From Candidatus Lutacidiplasmatales archaeon (lineage in GTDB: Archaea; Thermoplasmatota; Thermoplasmata; Lutacidiplasmatales; UBA184), in the NCBI GenBank assembly GCA_044451945.1, contig JBIOKR010000003.1:20605-84604 (forward strand): 64,000 nucleotides of DNA, written 5' to 3'. Of this stretch, positions 8,844 through 18,585 are shown piece by piece. Position 1 is the first letter of the stretch. Each line of letters opens with the position of its first letter. A program made the translations under genes and the position numbers. A model generated the notes under the pieces. That model did not search any database. It saw nothing but the letters and a program-made list of their open reading frames with translations, and was not told the origin of the DNA.

Positions 8844-9487
8844 GTCCCACGCCGGCCGGTGCCGCCGGCGGGCGAGGCCGGTGCTTTCCATGGGAGCTCC
8901 AGCAGGGCGTCGAGCCGTCTACGCACCGCCGGCCATTCGTCTGCCAGGACGGAGTAGACGACCGACGTGCGCATGTAGCCGCCCTTCACCACCACGTGCT
9001 CCCGAAGGAGACCGTCGCGCTTCGCCCCGAGCCGCTCGATCGCCCTCTGGGAGCGCTCGTTCCTCAGGTCGGTCTTGATCTGGACCCGATGGGCCTCCTC
9101 CGTCTCGAAGGCGTGGCCGAGCATCCGGCGTTTGGAGTCGGTGTTGACCGGCGTGCGCCAGAACTCGCGCGCGAACCAGGTCCCTCCGACCTCGACCGCG
9201 AGGTCGTCGCGCTGAATGTCGAGAAAGCGTGTCATCCCGATCGCCCGCCCGCTCTCTTTCAGGACGACAGCGAACGGCAGGTCCGTTCCCGCCGACTGGC
9301 GATCGAGCTGCGTCGTGAGGAAGAGCCGCATCGCCTCGACCGTCTCGAACGGCCCGTAGCGCAGGTACGGCCAAATCTCGGAACTGCGGCCCGCGACCAA
9401 CAGCTCCTGCGCGTGGTCGGGCGAGAGCGGTTCGAGGCGGATGTAGCGACCCGAAAGCTCAACCGGAGGCCGAAAGCTCATCGTCAT
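8678..9487 (-). CDS. GNAT family N-acetyltransferase (RimJ/RimL-like)
   Basis: 269 aa with RAIGMTRFLDI...GGTWFAREFWRTPVNTDSKRRMLGHAFE...VQIKTDLRNERSQRAIERLGAKRDG. The last ~55 codons overlap the convergent crotonase gene. Confidence 0.8.
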   Translation of the reverse strand: MTMSFRPPVELSGRYIRLEPLSPDHAQELLVAGRSSEIWPYLRYGPFETVEAMRLFLTTQLDRQSAGTDLPFAVVLKESGRAIGMTRFLDIQRDDLAVEVGGTWFAREFWRTPVNTDSKRRMLGHAFETEEAHRVQIKTDLRNERSQRAIERLGAKRDGLLREHVVVKGGYMRTSVVYSVLADEWPAVRRRLDALLELPWKAPASPAGGTGRRGTYGGGNRGARFSRNARIPSGSSLSRAASTAPRRSRASCPSRFSEKAETINRLTHP

Positions 9488-9631
9488 GCGGGACTCAACG
9501 CCCCGAACCGACCGGGTGGATATGGTTGGAGGGGTCGTACGACGCTAAGCGCCGGGGAGGGGACCGACGGCCCTCCCCCGGGCGCGGCCGGGCGTGCGAA
9601 ACCGACACAAACCCGGAGCGCCGAGTAGCTG

Positions 9632-9639
9632 TTAAATAA
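9632..9639 (+). promoter_or_regulatory. TATA-like box (TTAAATAA) upstream of nuoA; GGAGGGAGGAG Shine-Dalgarno-like run at 9683-9693
   Basis: This is the only A/T-rich octamer in the 206-nt spacer, about 60 nt upstream of ATG 9694. A purine-rich run lies directly before the ATG. Confidence 0.45.
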
Positions 9640-9693
9640 CGTCAATCGGTCCGACCGGTCGAGGAGAGAAGCGCGAGCCGTAGGAGGGAGGAG

Positions 9694-10059
9694 ATGGGGG
9701 CCGGAATCGACACCTTTCTCGTCTTCGCGGGGATTGCTGCCGCCTTCGCCGTCGGCTCGATCATCGCCAACAAGTTCCTCGGAGCCAAGCCCCGGAAGTC
9801 GTACCTCCAGTTCACCACCTACGAGTGCGGGGAGGAGTCCGAGGGGGAGGCGCAGATCGACTTTCCGACCCAGCACTACACCTTCGCCATCGTCTTCGTG
9901 GCGGTCGACATCATGGGCTTTCTACTGGCCCTCTGGGGCCTTACGTTCCGTTCGGTGAACAGCGCGATCTGGCCGATGGTCATCGCCTTCGGCTTCACCG
10001 CCCTCGCTCTCGCCGGCATCTATTACGCCCTTCAGGGCGAGCGGCGGTGGGTGGTGTGA
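9694..10059 (+). CDS. nuoA: NADH-quinone oxidoreductase-type complex subunit A
   Basis: 121 aa, three TM helices, conserved YECGE motif ([14 protein letters not shown]). Confidence 0.9.
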   Translation: MGAGIDTFLVFAGIAAAFAVGSIIANKFLGAKPRKSYLQFTTYECGEESEGEAQIDFPTQHYTFAIVFVAVDIMGFLLALWGLTFRSVNSAIWPMVIAFGFTALALAGIYYALQGERRWVV

Positions 10060-10658
10060 GCGTCCCGGCCCGACCGGCGGCGCCGGCCCAGGCCCCTGCC
10101 GACCCGAATCTGCCGATGGTCGGCGAACCGGCGGTCCCTTTCTTCGAGATCGAGACACTGCGCGCCCAGCAGTTCATCCCGGTCGCGAAGGAGACCCTCG
10201 CAGACTTGATCGCCGAGCAGGCTCAGGGAAAGCTGATCCGGCCCGTCTTCAACTGGGCCGGACGCAACTCGCTGTTTCCGCTCCACTGGGGGCTCGCCTG
10301 CTGCGCGATCGAGTTCGCCGCCGCCTTCGGGGCCCGTTGGGACGCCGAGCGGTTCGGCGTCGTGCCGCGCTCCTCTCCCCGACAATGCGATCTACTCATC
10401 GTGAACGGCACCGTCACCTGGAAGGTCGCTCACAAGCTCATCACGCTCTACGAGCAGATGCCCGAGCCCAAGTGGGTCATCGCGATGGGCAACTGCGCGA
10501 CCGGCGGCGGGCCGTTCCGCACCGCCTACAGCGTCGTCCCGGGCGTCGACAAGCTGGTCCCGGTCGACGTCTACATCGCCGGCTGTCCGCCGCGGCCCGA
10601 GGCGCTCCTCGACGGGATCCTCCTGCTCGAGACCCTCATCCGGGAGCGCGGCGAATAG
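10056..10658 (+). CDS. nuoB: complex I-type subunit B (N2 Fe-S cluster subunit)
   Basis: Within track ORF 9825..10658. GTG at 10056 overlaps the nuoA stop (GTGTGA), with ATG 10116 as an alternative. Cluster ligands [19 protein letters not shown] and GCPPRPE are present. Confidence 0.9.
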   Translation: MSVPARPAAPAQAPADPNLPMVGEPAVPFFEIETLRAQQFIPVAKETLADLIAEQAQGKLIRPVFNWAGRNSLFPLHWGLACCAIEFAAAFGARWDAERFGVVPRSSPRQCDLLIVNGTVTWKVAHKLITLYEQMPEPKWVIAMGNCATGGGPFRTAYSVVPGVDKLVPVDVYIAGCPPRPEALLDGILLLETLIRERGE

Positions 10659-10692
10659 GCCCCATCGTGGGGGGGCGGGGAGCAGCGATACC

Positions 10693-11169
10693 GTGGAGCC
10701 GAAGGAGCTAGAAGCGCGGCTCGCCGGCCGCCTCGGCGACTCTCTGCTCGGCGTCGAACCGTTCCAGGGCCTTGCGGGCCGGGTCCGCTTCCGCCCGGAG
10801 GCTGCGATGAGCCTTTTTCTCACGATGCGCGACGAGCTCGGATTCGTCCACCTCTCGTGCGTGGGGGGGATCGACTGGGTCGACCACCGCGAGGTGTTCT
10901 ACATCCTCTGGTCGGATGCCCTCAAGCAGTACGTCCTTCTCTCCTCCGACCTCGACGGGAAGGTGCCGCACATCGAGACGGCGAGCGCCGTCTGGCCGTC
11001 CGCCAACTGGCACGAGCGCGAGGCGTGGGAACTGGTCGGGATCACCTTCGACCACCACCCGGACCTCCGGCACCTCCTGCTTCCCGAGGGGTACCAGTTC
11101 CAGCCGCTCCTGCGGTCGTTCCTCCTCCACGAACCCGAGGAGCTGGAGGTCAAGACGCGCCATGTCTGA
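10693..11169 (+). CDS. nuoC: complex I-type subunit C (30 kDa)
   Basis: 158 aa with WPSANWHEREAWELVGITFDHHPDLRHLLLPEG, a typical NuoC core. Confidence 0.9.
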   Translation: MEPKELEARLAGRLGDSLLGVEPFQGLAGRVRFRPEAAMSLFLTMRDELGFVHLSCVGGIDWVDHREVFYILWSDALKQYVLLSSDLDGKVPHIETASAVWPSANWHEREAWELVGITFDHHPDLRHLLLPEGYQFQPLLRSFLLHEPEELEVKTRHV

Positions 11170-12307
11170 GATGTGGGTGAACATGGGGCCGCAGCACCCC
11201 ATGACGCACGGGCTGTGGAACCTGAGAGTCCGGATCGACGGGGAGACGATCCTCGAGGTCGACCCGGAGATGGGCTATCTGCACCGCGGGATCGAAAAGA
11301 TCAGCGAGGTGCGCCACTACAACGAGGTGATCACGCTCATGGACCGGACCTGCTACGTCGCGGGTCTCGCCTGGGAGCACCTCTACATCATCGCCGCCGA
11401 GCAGGCGCTCCACGTCGAGCCTCCGGAGCGGGCGCAGTACATCCGCACGCTCTGCGATGAGCTGCAGCGGATCGCCTCCCACATCATGTGGTACGCCGCG
11501 TTCGTCCAGGATATCGGGCTCATGAGCCCGTTCCTCTACGGGATGCGGGACCGCGACCTGATCCTCGACCTGTTCCAGAGCTACACCGGCGGCCGGCTCA
11601 CCTACGAATACAACCGCGTCGGCGGCGTCCGCAACGACCTTCCGCCCGGGTTCACCGACCGCGCCCGCAAGGTCTGCGACTGGCTGGTCGACCGGTTCAA
11701 GGAGTACGACCAGCTCTGCCTGGACTCGACCATCTTCCACAAGCGCTGCGACGGATTGGGCGTCCTCAAGGCGAGCGACTGCATCGCCGAGGGCGTCACC
11801 GGCCCGATGCTGCGCTCGGCGGGCGTCGCCCGCGACCTCCGCAAGGACCGGCCGTACGCCGCGTACGACCGGGTCGAGTTCGACGTCGCCATCGCCCACG
11901 GCGCGGACGTCACGGGCCGCTACCTCGTCCGCATGGAGGAGATGCGCCAATCCATCCGGATCCTCCGGCAGGTCCTCGACTGGCTCGACAAGCACCCGGG
12001 GCCGGTGTTGGCCTCCCGACTGCCGCGCTGGCTCGGGGCACCGTACGCCCCGGTCGGGCGCGAGGGGTATCTACTCAAGCGCAACTATCCGAAGGGGCTC
12101 GGCTTCTCCTCGATCGAGGAGCCCCACGGGGAGGCGCAGGCGTACGTCGTGAACGAGGGCGGGGAGCACCCGTACCGCGTCAAGTTCCGTTCGCCCGTCT
12201 TTTCCAATCTCTCCGCGGCCCCCCGGTACATGCTGGGGTACCGGGTCGCCGACATCCCGCCGATCATGGGGAGCGTCGACATCTGCGTCGGGGAGGTCGA
12301 CCGTTAG
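11162..12307 (+). CDS. nuoD: complex I-type subunit D (49 kDa)
   Basis: Internal ATG of track ORF 10916..12307, overlapping the nuoC stop by 8 nt. Sequence MSEMWVNMGPQHPMTHGLWNLRVRIDGE...GYLHRGIEK...DICVGEVDR. Confidence 0.92.
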   Translation: MSEMWVNMGPQHPMTHGLWNLRVRIDGETILEVDPEMGYLHRGIEKISEVRHYNEVITLMDRTCYVAGLAWEHLYIIAAEQALHVEPPERAQYIRTLCDELQRIASHIMWYAAFVQDIGLMSPFLYGMRDRDLILDLFQSYTGGRLTYEYNRVGGVRNDLPPGFTDRARKVCDWLVDRFKEYDQLCLDSTIFHKRCDGLGVLKASDCIAEGVTGPMLRSAGVARDLRKDRPYAAYDRVEFDVAIAHGADVTGRYLVRMEEMRQSIRILRQVLDWLDKHPGPVLASRLPRWLGAPYAPVGREGYLLKRNYPKGLGFSSIEEPHGEAQAYVVNEGGEHPYRVKFRSPVFSNLSAAPRYMLGYRVADIPPIMGSVDICVGEVDR

Positions 12308-12319
12308 GTCCGGAAACCC

Positions 12320-13450
12320 ATGACGCCCGTCACGCTCTACTCGGTCGCCCACACGATCTCCTCGTGGCTGCTGTCGCACGCCGCCGCGATATTCCCCGAG
12401 CCTTTCTCGGGGTGGATCGGCAGCTCCGCCCTCCTCTGGCTGGTCACGGCGCTCTTGTTCGGCGTCATCCTGCTCGGCGCGAGCATGATCAACACGATCA
12501 TGCTGATCTGGTTCGAGCGCAAGCTGCTCGGCCGCTTCATGGACCGTCGTGGGGCGATGCACGTCGGCTTCGCCGGGCTGTTGCAGAACTTCGCGGACGG
12601 GCTCAAGCTGTTCCGCAAGAACACGTTCAAGCCGAAAGAGGCGGACGCCCTCGGCTTCTTCTCGGGCCCGACCGCCTACATGGTGACGTCACTGTTGATC
12701 TTGGGCGTGCTCCCGGTCTCGACCGGCTGGTCGAACGGCTCGCTCCCGCTCTCCCTCCTGCTCGCCCTCGCGATCTTTTCGTTCGCCCCGCTGTTCATCT
12801 TCATCAGCGCCTGGTCGTCCAACAACAAGTACTCGCTCATCGGCGGAATGCGCTCGGCCGCGCAGATGATCGCCTACGAGGTGCCGATCCTGCTCGCCGT
12901 CGTCGCGGTCGTCCTCGTCTCGGGGAGCTTCGATCTGAGCGTCATCGTCAACGAGCAGCAGAACTACTGGTACTGGGGGCCGCTCGTCCTGGCGCTCATC
13001 GTCTTCGTCGCCGGTATGCTCGCCGAGATGGAGCGGATCCCCTTCGACCTTCCCGAGGCCGAGGCGGAGTTGGTCGAGGGGTGGAACACGGAGTACGGCG
13101 GCATGCTATTCGCCTTCTTCATGCTCGCTGACTACCTGCGTGCGCTCATCGGGAGCATCCTGGTTGTCCTCCTCTTCCTCGGCGGCTGGACGCTGCCGAG
13201 CTACTTCCCGAGCGCACTCACGAGCTTTCCCCTCGCCGGTATCGTCATCCTGATGGCCAAGACGTACATCGTCTTCGGGCTGTTCGTCTGGGTCCGCGCC
13301 TCGCTCCCGAGGGTCCGGACCGACCAGCTCCTCAGGGTCGGGTGGATGCGGATGATCCCCCTCGCGCTATTGAGCGTCGTGCTCGCCGCCGTGGTGGTTC
13401 TCGCCAAATGCCTGCCGGTGTTCGGCTGCGTTCCGAGCGTGGGGGGATAG
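12320..13450 (+). CDS. nuoH: complex I-type subunit H (ND1-like, quinone channel)
   Basis: 376 aa polytopic membrane protein with WFERKLLGRFMDRRG and AEMERIPFDLPEAEAELVEGWNTEYGG. Confidence 0.92.
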   Translation: MTPVTLYSVAHTISSWLLSHAAAIFPEPFSGWIGSSALLWLVTALLFGVILLGASMINTIMLIWFERKLLGRFMDRRGAMHVGFAGLLQNFADGLKLFRKNTFKPKEADALGFFSGPTAYMVTSLLILGVLPVSTGWSNGSLPLSLLLALAIFSFAPLFIFISAWSSNNKYSLIGGMRSAAQMIAYEVPILLAVVAVVLVSGSFDLSVIVNEQQNYWYWGPLVLALIVFVAGMLAEMERIPFDLPEAEAELVEGWNTEYGGMLFAFFMLADYLRALIGSILVVLLFLGGWTLPSYFPSALTSFPLAGIVILMAKTYIVFGLFVWVRASLPRVRTDQLLRVGWMRMIPLALLSVVLAAVVVLAKCLPVFGCVPSVGG

Positions 13451-13460
13451 GTAGCTCGCC

Positions 13461-14237
13461 ATGGCCGCCTCTCAGACCGAGCCGGAAGGAGAGGGGAACC
13501 CGATCCTCTGGGTCGCCCGGCCGCTGATGACGGCGGCCAAGCAGTTCGGCAAAAGCCTCTGGAGGCCGTCGACGATCGTCTACCCGTTCGAGCGGCTCGA
13601 GGACCCCAAGTTCCGAGACCAGGTCGCGGTCGCCTCGGGAAAGCCGATCGGCGTAGGGCACGTCTGGGACAACTATCGGGGGGTCCACGCGCTCAACATC
13701 GCCACCTGCATCTCGTGCAATCTGTGCGCGTTCAGCTGCCCGGACCTGTGCATCGACATGGTCACCGTTCCCGGCGGGGATCCGAAGCACCCCAAGAAGT
13801 GCCCGCAGATCGACTACGGAAAGTGCAGCTACTGCGGCTTCTGCTCGGACGCGTGCCCGGAAGGCTGCCTCACCATGACCACCCGTTACGAACTCTCGGT
13901 GACCAAGCGTTCGGACATGATCTTCTCCCCGGAGAAGATGCTCGGGATCTTCGAGAGCAAGCTCCCGATGACGCCGATCCGTGTCGAGCGGCCGGCGAAC
14001 GAGGATTCGATCCTCCTGGACGGGCCGCTGTGCATCGGCTGTAACGCCTGCGCGAGGGACTGCCCGACCGAGTGCATCACGATGCTCGAGACCCCCAAAC
14101 CGGTCGCGAAGGCGGGAGAGAAGCTCCCGAAGCGGATCTGGAAGGAGCCGGTCGTCAACGATTCGGACTGCGTGCGCTGCGGCACGTGCATCAGCGTCTG
14201 CCCGAAGGAATGCCTTTTCTGGGGGACTCACCCGTGA
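13461..14237 (+). CDS. nuoI: complex I-type subunit I with an extra C-terminal 2x[4Fe-4S] ferredoxin module
   Basis: 258 aa. Canonical motifs CISCNLCAFSCP and CSYCGFCSDACP are followed by a second pair, CIGCNACARDCP and CVRCGTCISVCP, in the last ~75 aa. Confidence 0.9.
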   Translation: MAASQTEPEGEGNPILWVARPLMTAAKQFGKSLWRPSTIVYPFERLEDPKFRDQVAVASGKPIGVGHVWDNYRGVHALNIATCISCNLCAFSCPDLCIDMVTVPGGDPKHPKKCPQIDYGKCSYCGFCSDACPEGCLTMTTRYELSVTKRSDMIFSPEKMLGIFESKLPMTPIRVERPANEDSILLDGPLCIGCNACARDCPTECITMLETPKPVAKAGEKLPKRIWKEPVVNDSDCVRCGTCISVCPKECLFWGTHP

Positions 14238-14722
14238 GCCTCGAGGAAATCGCATTCCTCGCTTTGGGCGGCATCGCCGTGGCGACCGCGCTCCTCGCGC
14301 TCTTCGTTCGGGAGCTGATCCACACGATCCTGTGGGTCGCGGTGTTCTTCGTGACGCTGAGCGCCATCTACTTCCTTCTCGAGGCGCCGTTTCTCGGCGT
14401 CCTGCAGCTCGGGGTCTACGCCGGCGCCGTCACCATCCTGCTGCTGTTCGGCGTCATGGTGACCCGCAAGCGCATCTTCTCCAAAGAGGCCGCGACGGGC
14501 ATCGGCGCCGTGCCGCTCTCCCTCGCCGCCCTGGTGGTCGTGCTCCTCCTGACCGCCGTCGAGGTCGTCCCCTCGGGGAGTTCCGAGATCGCCACGTACG
14601 ACGTCCGCTCGCTCTCTCAGGCGCTGTTCGGCGCCTACGGAGGCTACGTCATCCTGCTCGGGCTCGTCATGCTCTCGGCCGTCTCGGGGGCGATCTACCT
14701 CGTTCGCGAGGGCCGCGAGTGA
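14234..14722 (+). CDS. nuoJ: complex I-type subunit J
   Basis: GTG at 14234 overlaps the nuoI stop (GTGA). VSLEEIAFLALGGIAVATALLALF...LGVLQLGVYAGAVTILLLFGVM is typical of NuoJ. The track ORF 14072 start is a read-through. Confidence 0.85.
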   Translation: MSLEEIAFLALGGIAVATALLALFVRELIHTILWVAVFFVTLSAIYFLLEAPFLGVLQLGVYAGAVTILLLFGVMVTRKRIFSKEAATGIGAVPLSLAALVVVLLLTAVEVVPSGSSEIATYDVRSLSQALFGAYGGYVILLGLVMLSAVSGAIYLVREGRE

Positions 14723-15051
14723 CCGCGCTCTCCGAGGCGGACATCCTCGCCCTCACGACGGCCCTCTTGGGCATCGGCCTTTTCGGCATCCTGACCCGGC
14801 GCAACTTCATCCTACTGCTCATCGCGGTCGAGGTGGCGATCAACGCCGCGGTCCTCAACTTCGTCTTCTTCGCGGGGTACGCGCGCAACAGTGCGACCGG
14901 CGCCCCGAGCGGCCTCTCGGGCCAGGCGATCGCGGTCGTGCTGATCGGCCTCGCCGCGACCGAGGTCGCGGTCGGTCTTGCGATCGTGCTCGCCCTCAAC
15001 CGCGCCCGCGGCTCGATCAACGTCGGCGAAGCGACAACGCTCAAGCTCTAG
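14719..15051 (+). CDS. nuoK: complex I-type subunit K
   Basis: GTG at 14719 overlaps the nuoJ stop. 110 aa, three TM helices, IAVEVAINAAVLNFV and ATEVAVGLAIVL motifs. Confidence 0.85.
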   Translation: MTALSEADILALTTALLGIGLFGILTRRNFILLLIAVEVAINAAVLNFVFFAGYARNSATGAPSGLSGQAIAVVLIGLAATEVAVGLAIVLALNRARGSINVGEATTLKL

Positions 15052-15082
15052 GGGGGAAGGCACGACGAGCGGGCTCGAGGGG

Positions 15083-17068
15083 GTGTTCGCCTACGCCTGG
15101 CTGATCCCGCTGTTCCCGCTCCTCGCGTTCGTCGCCATCGCGCTGTTCGGCCAACGGATGGCCAAGCTCGAGTGGGGCGGCTGGGTCGCCGTCGGGGCCT
15201 CGTTCGTCTCGATGCTGCTGGCGGTGCTCGTCGCCGCTGCGGAGATGCTCGACCCGCAGCGCTACACCGACCAGAGCTACACGTGGCTCACCGTGCCGGC
15301 GGCCGGCGGGGCGTTCCCGAACGGCGTGTCGCTCGTCATCGGCTCGCTCGTCGACCCGATCTCGGCGCTGATGCTGCTCGTCGTCACGGTCGTCGGCTTC
15401 CTCGTGATGCTGTACTCGATCGGCTACATGCACCACGACCGGGGCCTGTCGCGCTACTACGCCGAGATCTCGCTGTTCCTCACTGCGATGATCGGGCTCG
15501 TGCTCTCCGACAACCTGCTCGAGTTCTTCCTCTTCTGGGAGTTGGTCGGGGTCTGCTCCTACTTCCTCATCGGCTTTTACTACGAGCGGCCCAGCGCCGC
15601 GAGCGCCGCGAAGGAGGCGTTCCTCGTCACGCGCGTCGGCGACGTGCTCTTCCTGCTCGGGATCTTCATCTACTTCGTCAGCTACGCGCTCCAGGGCCCG
15701 GGCGCCGGCTGGGCCGCGAGCGGCTTCAAGTTCACGAACGGGAGCTCGCCGTTCCTCCCGGTCTCGCTCCATACCGGCCTCCCCGCGACGGTCGGAGGCC
15801 TCATGATGCTCGCCGGGGCCGCCGGTAAGTCCGCCCAGTTCCCGTTGGACGTCTGGCTTCCGGACGCCATGGAAGGCCCGACGACGGTCTCGGCGCTCAT
15901 CCATGCGGCGACGATGGTCGCCGCCGGGGTCTACCTGCTCGCCGTCACCTCGCTGTTCATCGGCTTTACTCCGACCGATTCTCTCGCGATCGTCGCGGTC
16001 GGGGGCTTCACGACCTTCTACGCCGCGACGATGGCGGTCGTCAACCGGGACATCAAGCGGGTCGTCGCGTACTCGACGATCTCGCAGCTCGGCTACATGG
16101 TGCTCGCCATCGGGGCCGGCTTTTCCATGGTCGGGCTCTACCATCTGTTCACGCACGCCTTCTTCAAGGCGCTGCTCTTCCTCGCCGCGGGCGCGGTGAT
16201 CCACGCCGTCGGAACGCAGGATCTGTTCCGCATGGGCGGGCTCAGAAAGGCGATGCCCGTCACCTGGGCCGCCTTCCTGGTCGGTGCGCTGTCGCTCTCG
16301 GGGATCCCGCCGTTCGCCGGCTTCTTCTCGAAGGACGACGTACTCTACTCGGTTTACACGCAGATCGGCGCCCACCCGGCGTACCTTCCGTTCCTCATCC
16401 TCGCCCTCGCCGCGGCGTTCCTTACGGCCTACTACATCTTCCGCGCCTTCCTGCTCGCCTTCCACGGCGAGAAGGGCCGGGACGAGAGCCTGCCGGCCGC
16501 CCACGACCCGCCGTGGACGATGCGCGTGCCGCTCCTGGTCCTCTCCGCGCTCGCTCTCGTCGCCGGCTCGTTCGCCTTCATCCCGTCGTTCGGCTCGCTC
16601 TTCAGCGCCGGCGCCGGCTTCGCCGCGACCCCCGGGGTCCCTCCCGCGTACACGCTCGCCGACCTCTGGTTCCCCGTCGGCAGCGTCGGCCTGGGGCTCG
16701 CCGGGATCGGCGTCGCCTACCTGTTCTGGGGGAACGGCCGGGTCTTCGAGCTTCCCGAGAGCTCTCCGCTGCAGTCGGTCCGCACGCTGTTGCTCGAGCG
16801 CTACTACGTCAAGGCCGGCTTCGACTGGCTGGGGGCGAAGGGGATCTACACGCTCTCCCGGGCGTTCGACTTCGTCGACCGGTTCGTCATCGACGGCGCG
16901 GTCCGTGGGATCGAGCGGTCGTTCGCCAAGCTGTCGAACCGGTTGCGCTCCATCCAGAGCGGCCTCGTCTCGGACTACGCCGCCTTCGTCGTCGGAGGCC
17001 TGGTGCTATTGTTCTTCCTGCTCCTGGTGATCGCGCCGTGGCTCATCCACACCTTCGGGAGCGGGTGA
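15083..17068 (+). CDS. nuoL: complex I-type antiporter-like subunit L
   Basis: In track ORF 14978..17068. First in-frame start after the nuoK stop is GTG 15083 (VFAYAWLIPLFPLL...). Contains WELVGVCSYFLIGF, PTTVSALIHAATMVAAGVY, and a C-terminal lateral-helix region. Confidence 0.9.
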   Translation: MFAYAWLIPLFPLLAFVAIALFGQRMAKLEWGGWVAVGASFVSMLLAVLVAAAEMLDPQRYTDQSYTWLTVPAAGGAFPNGVSLVIGSLVDPISALMLLVVTVVGFLVMLYSIGYMHHDRGLSRYYAEISLFLTAMIGLVLSDNLLEFFLFWELVGVCSYFLIGFYYERPSAASAAKEAFLVTRVGDVLFLLGIFIYFVSYALQGPGAGWAASGFKFTNGSSPFLPVSLHTGLPATVGGLMMLAGAAGKSAQFPLDVWLPDAMEGPTTVSALIHAATMVAAGVYLLAVTSLFIGFTPTDSLAIVAVGGFTTFYAATMAVVNRDIKRVVAYSTISQLGYMVLAIGAGFSMVGLYHLFTHAFFKALLFLAAGAVIHAVGTQDLFRMGGLRKAMPVTWAAFLVGALSLSGIPPFAGFFSKDDVLYSVYTQIGAHPAYLPFLILALAAAFLTAYYIFRAFLLAFHGEKGRDESLPAAHDPPWTMRVPLLVLSALALVAGSFAFIPSFGSLFSAGAGFAATPGVPPAYTLADLWFPVGSVGLGLAGIGVAYLFWGNGRVFELPESSPLQSVRTLLLERYYVKAGFDWLGAKGIYTLSRAFDFVDRFVIDGAVRGIERSFAKLSNRLRSIQSGLVSDYAAFVVGGLVLLFFLLLVIAPWLIHTFGSG

Positions 17069-17072
17069 GGAC

Positions 17073-18563
17073 ATGCTGCCGATCATCTCGATCACCTTGG
17101 GGACGCTGGTCATCGGGACCGTCCTGACGTTCGCGGGTGGCGAGCGAGCCCGCTGGATCGCGCTGGGCACCTCCGTCCTATTCCTGCTCGAGGTCTCGGC
17201 GATGCTGTTCGGCTTCTCGAGCTGGCCGGGCCGCTCGGGACCGGCGAATTTGCCGGGGTTCGGCGAGTCGGAGAGCTACAGCTGGATCTCGGTCTCCTGG
17301 CTCCAGGTGAACTTCTCGGTCGGGGTCGACGGGATATCGCTCGTCCTCATCCTTCTGACCGCCTTCCTGCAGCTCGCCACCGTCGTCTACACCTGGGAGG
17401 AGGCGAAGCGCCCGTCGGCCTGGTTCGGCCTCGTCCTACTGACCTGCCTCGGTAGCTTCGGCGTCTTCGTCGCGCTCGATGTCCTTCTGTTCTTCCTGTT
17501 CTGGGAGGCCGTCCTCATCCCGATGTTCTTCATGATCGGCTATTGGGGCGGACCGAACCGCCGGTACGCCGCGCTGAAGTTCTTCGTCTACACCCACGTC
17601 GCCTCCATCGTGATGCTCGTCGGCCTGCTCGCCCTCGTCTTCTACTCCGGCTCGACCTCGCTCGACTTCGCCTCGGTCTACGTCGCGGCCCGGGGCCTTT
17701 CGACGACGGTCCAGGTGTTCCTGTTCGTCGCGTTGTTCTTCGGCTTCGGCGTGAAGTTCCCGATCGTCCCGTTCCACACCTGGCTTCCCGACGCCCACGT
17801 CGAGGCGCCGACCGGCGGCTCCGTCCTGCTCGCGGGGCTTCTTCTCAAGCTCGGCGGCTACGGGCTCATCCGCTGGGCCGTCGAGGTCCTCCCGAAGGCG
17901 ATGGCCGACAGCCACGTCCTCTGGCTGCTCTACGCCGTCGCGTTCCTCTCGATCGTCTGGGGGTCGTTCCTCGCGCTCTCCCAGCGGGATCTCAAGCGCC
18001 TGGTCGCCTACTCGTCGATCAACCACATGGGCATCGTGCTGCTGGCGATCGCCGTCTACTCGTCGGTCGGTCTCATGGCCGCGGTGCTCCTCATGTTCGC
18101 CCACGGCGTCGTGAGCGGCCTTTTGTTCATGGTCTCGGGCAGCGTGCACCACTCCTTCGGGACGCGCGACATCGCCAGCGTCGGAGGGATCACGCCGAGA
18201 ACGCCGATGCTCGCGACGATGATCATGGTCGGCTCGCTCGCCTCGCTCGGCCTCCCGGCGCTGGTGAGCTTCCCGGCCGAGTTCGCCGCGCTCCTCGCGA
18301 CGTGGGACCGTCTCGGTTACTGGGTCCTCATCCCGCTCGTGATGCTGGTGATCACGGCGGGATTCTACATCTGGATGATGCAACGCCTGCTCTTCGGTCC
18401 CGAGCGCAACGTGCCGGAGAGCGCCCGCGACGTCCCCTGGCACGAGGGGGCCGCGATGGGGATGCTCGTCGCGCTGATCATCCTCTACGGGGTGCTCCCG
18501 GGCCTTCTCGTCACGATCCTGACGAATTCGCCGGTCTACGGATTTCCGCCGCCGTTCCCCTAG
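17073..18563 (+). CDS. nuoM: complex I-type antiporter-like subunit M
   Basis: 496 aa with FFLFWEAVLIPMFFMIGYWGG, HTWLPDAHVEAPTGGSVLLAG and SSINHMG. Confidence 0.92.
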   Translation: MLPIISITLGTLVIGTVLTFAGGERARWIALGTSVLFLLEVSAMLFGFSSWPGRSGPANLPGFGESESYSWISVSWLQVNFSVGVDGISLVLILLTAFLQLATVVYTWEEAKRPSAWFGLVLLTCLGSFGVFVALDVLLFFLFWEAVLIPMFFMIGYWGGPNRRYAALKFFVYTHVASIVMLVGLLALVFYSGSTSLDFASVYVAARGLSTTVQVFLFVALFFGFGVKFPIVPFHTWLPDAHVEAPTGGSVLLAGLLLKLGGYGLIRWAVEVLPKAMADSHVLWLLYAVAFLSIVWGSFLALSQRDLKRLVAYSSINHMGIVLLAIAVYSSVGLMAAVLLMFAHGVVSGLLFMVSGSVHHSFGTRDIASVGGITPRTPMLATMIMVGSLASLGLPALVSFPAEFAALLATWDRLGYWVLIPLVMLVITAGFYIWMMQRLLFGPERNVPESARDVPWHEGAAMGMLVALIILYGVLPGLLVTILTNSPVYGFPPPFP

Positions 18564-18585
18564 TTAGGCCGAGGGAGGAAGAAGG

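Noticed and set aside
9554-9578. Isolated perfect 8-bp GC hairpins in spacers (GGGGAGGG-n9-CCCTCCCC at 9554-9578; GGGGGAG-gtg-CTCCCCC at 54257-54273; CCGGCGC-gctt-GCGCCGG at about 56367-56384)
   Set aside because: Single G/C-run hairpins like these are expected by chance in this composition, and none is followed by a T-run. They are not reported as terminators or regulators.
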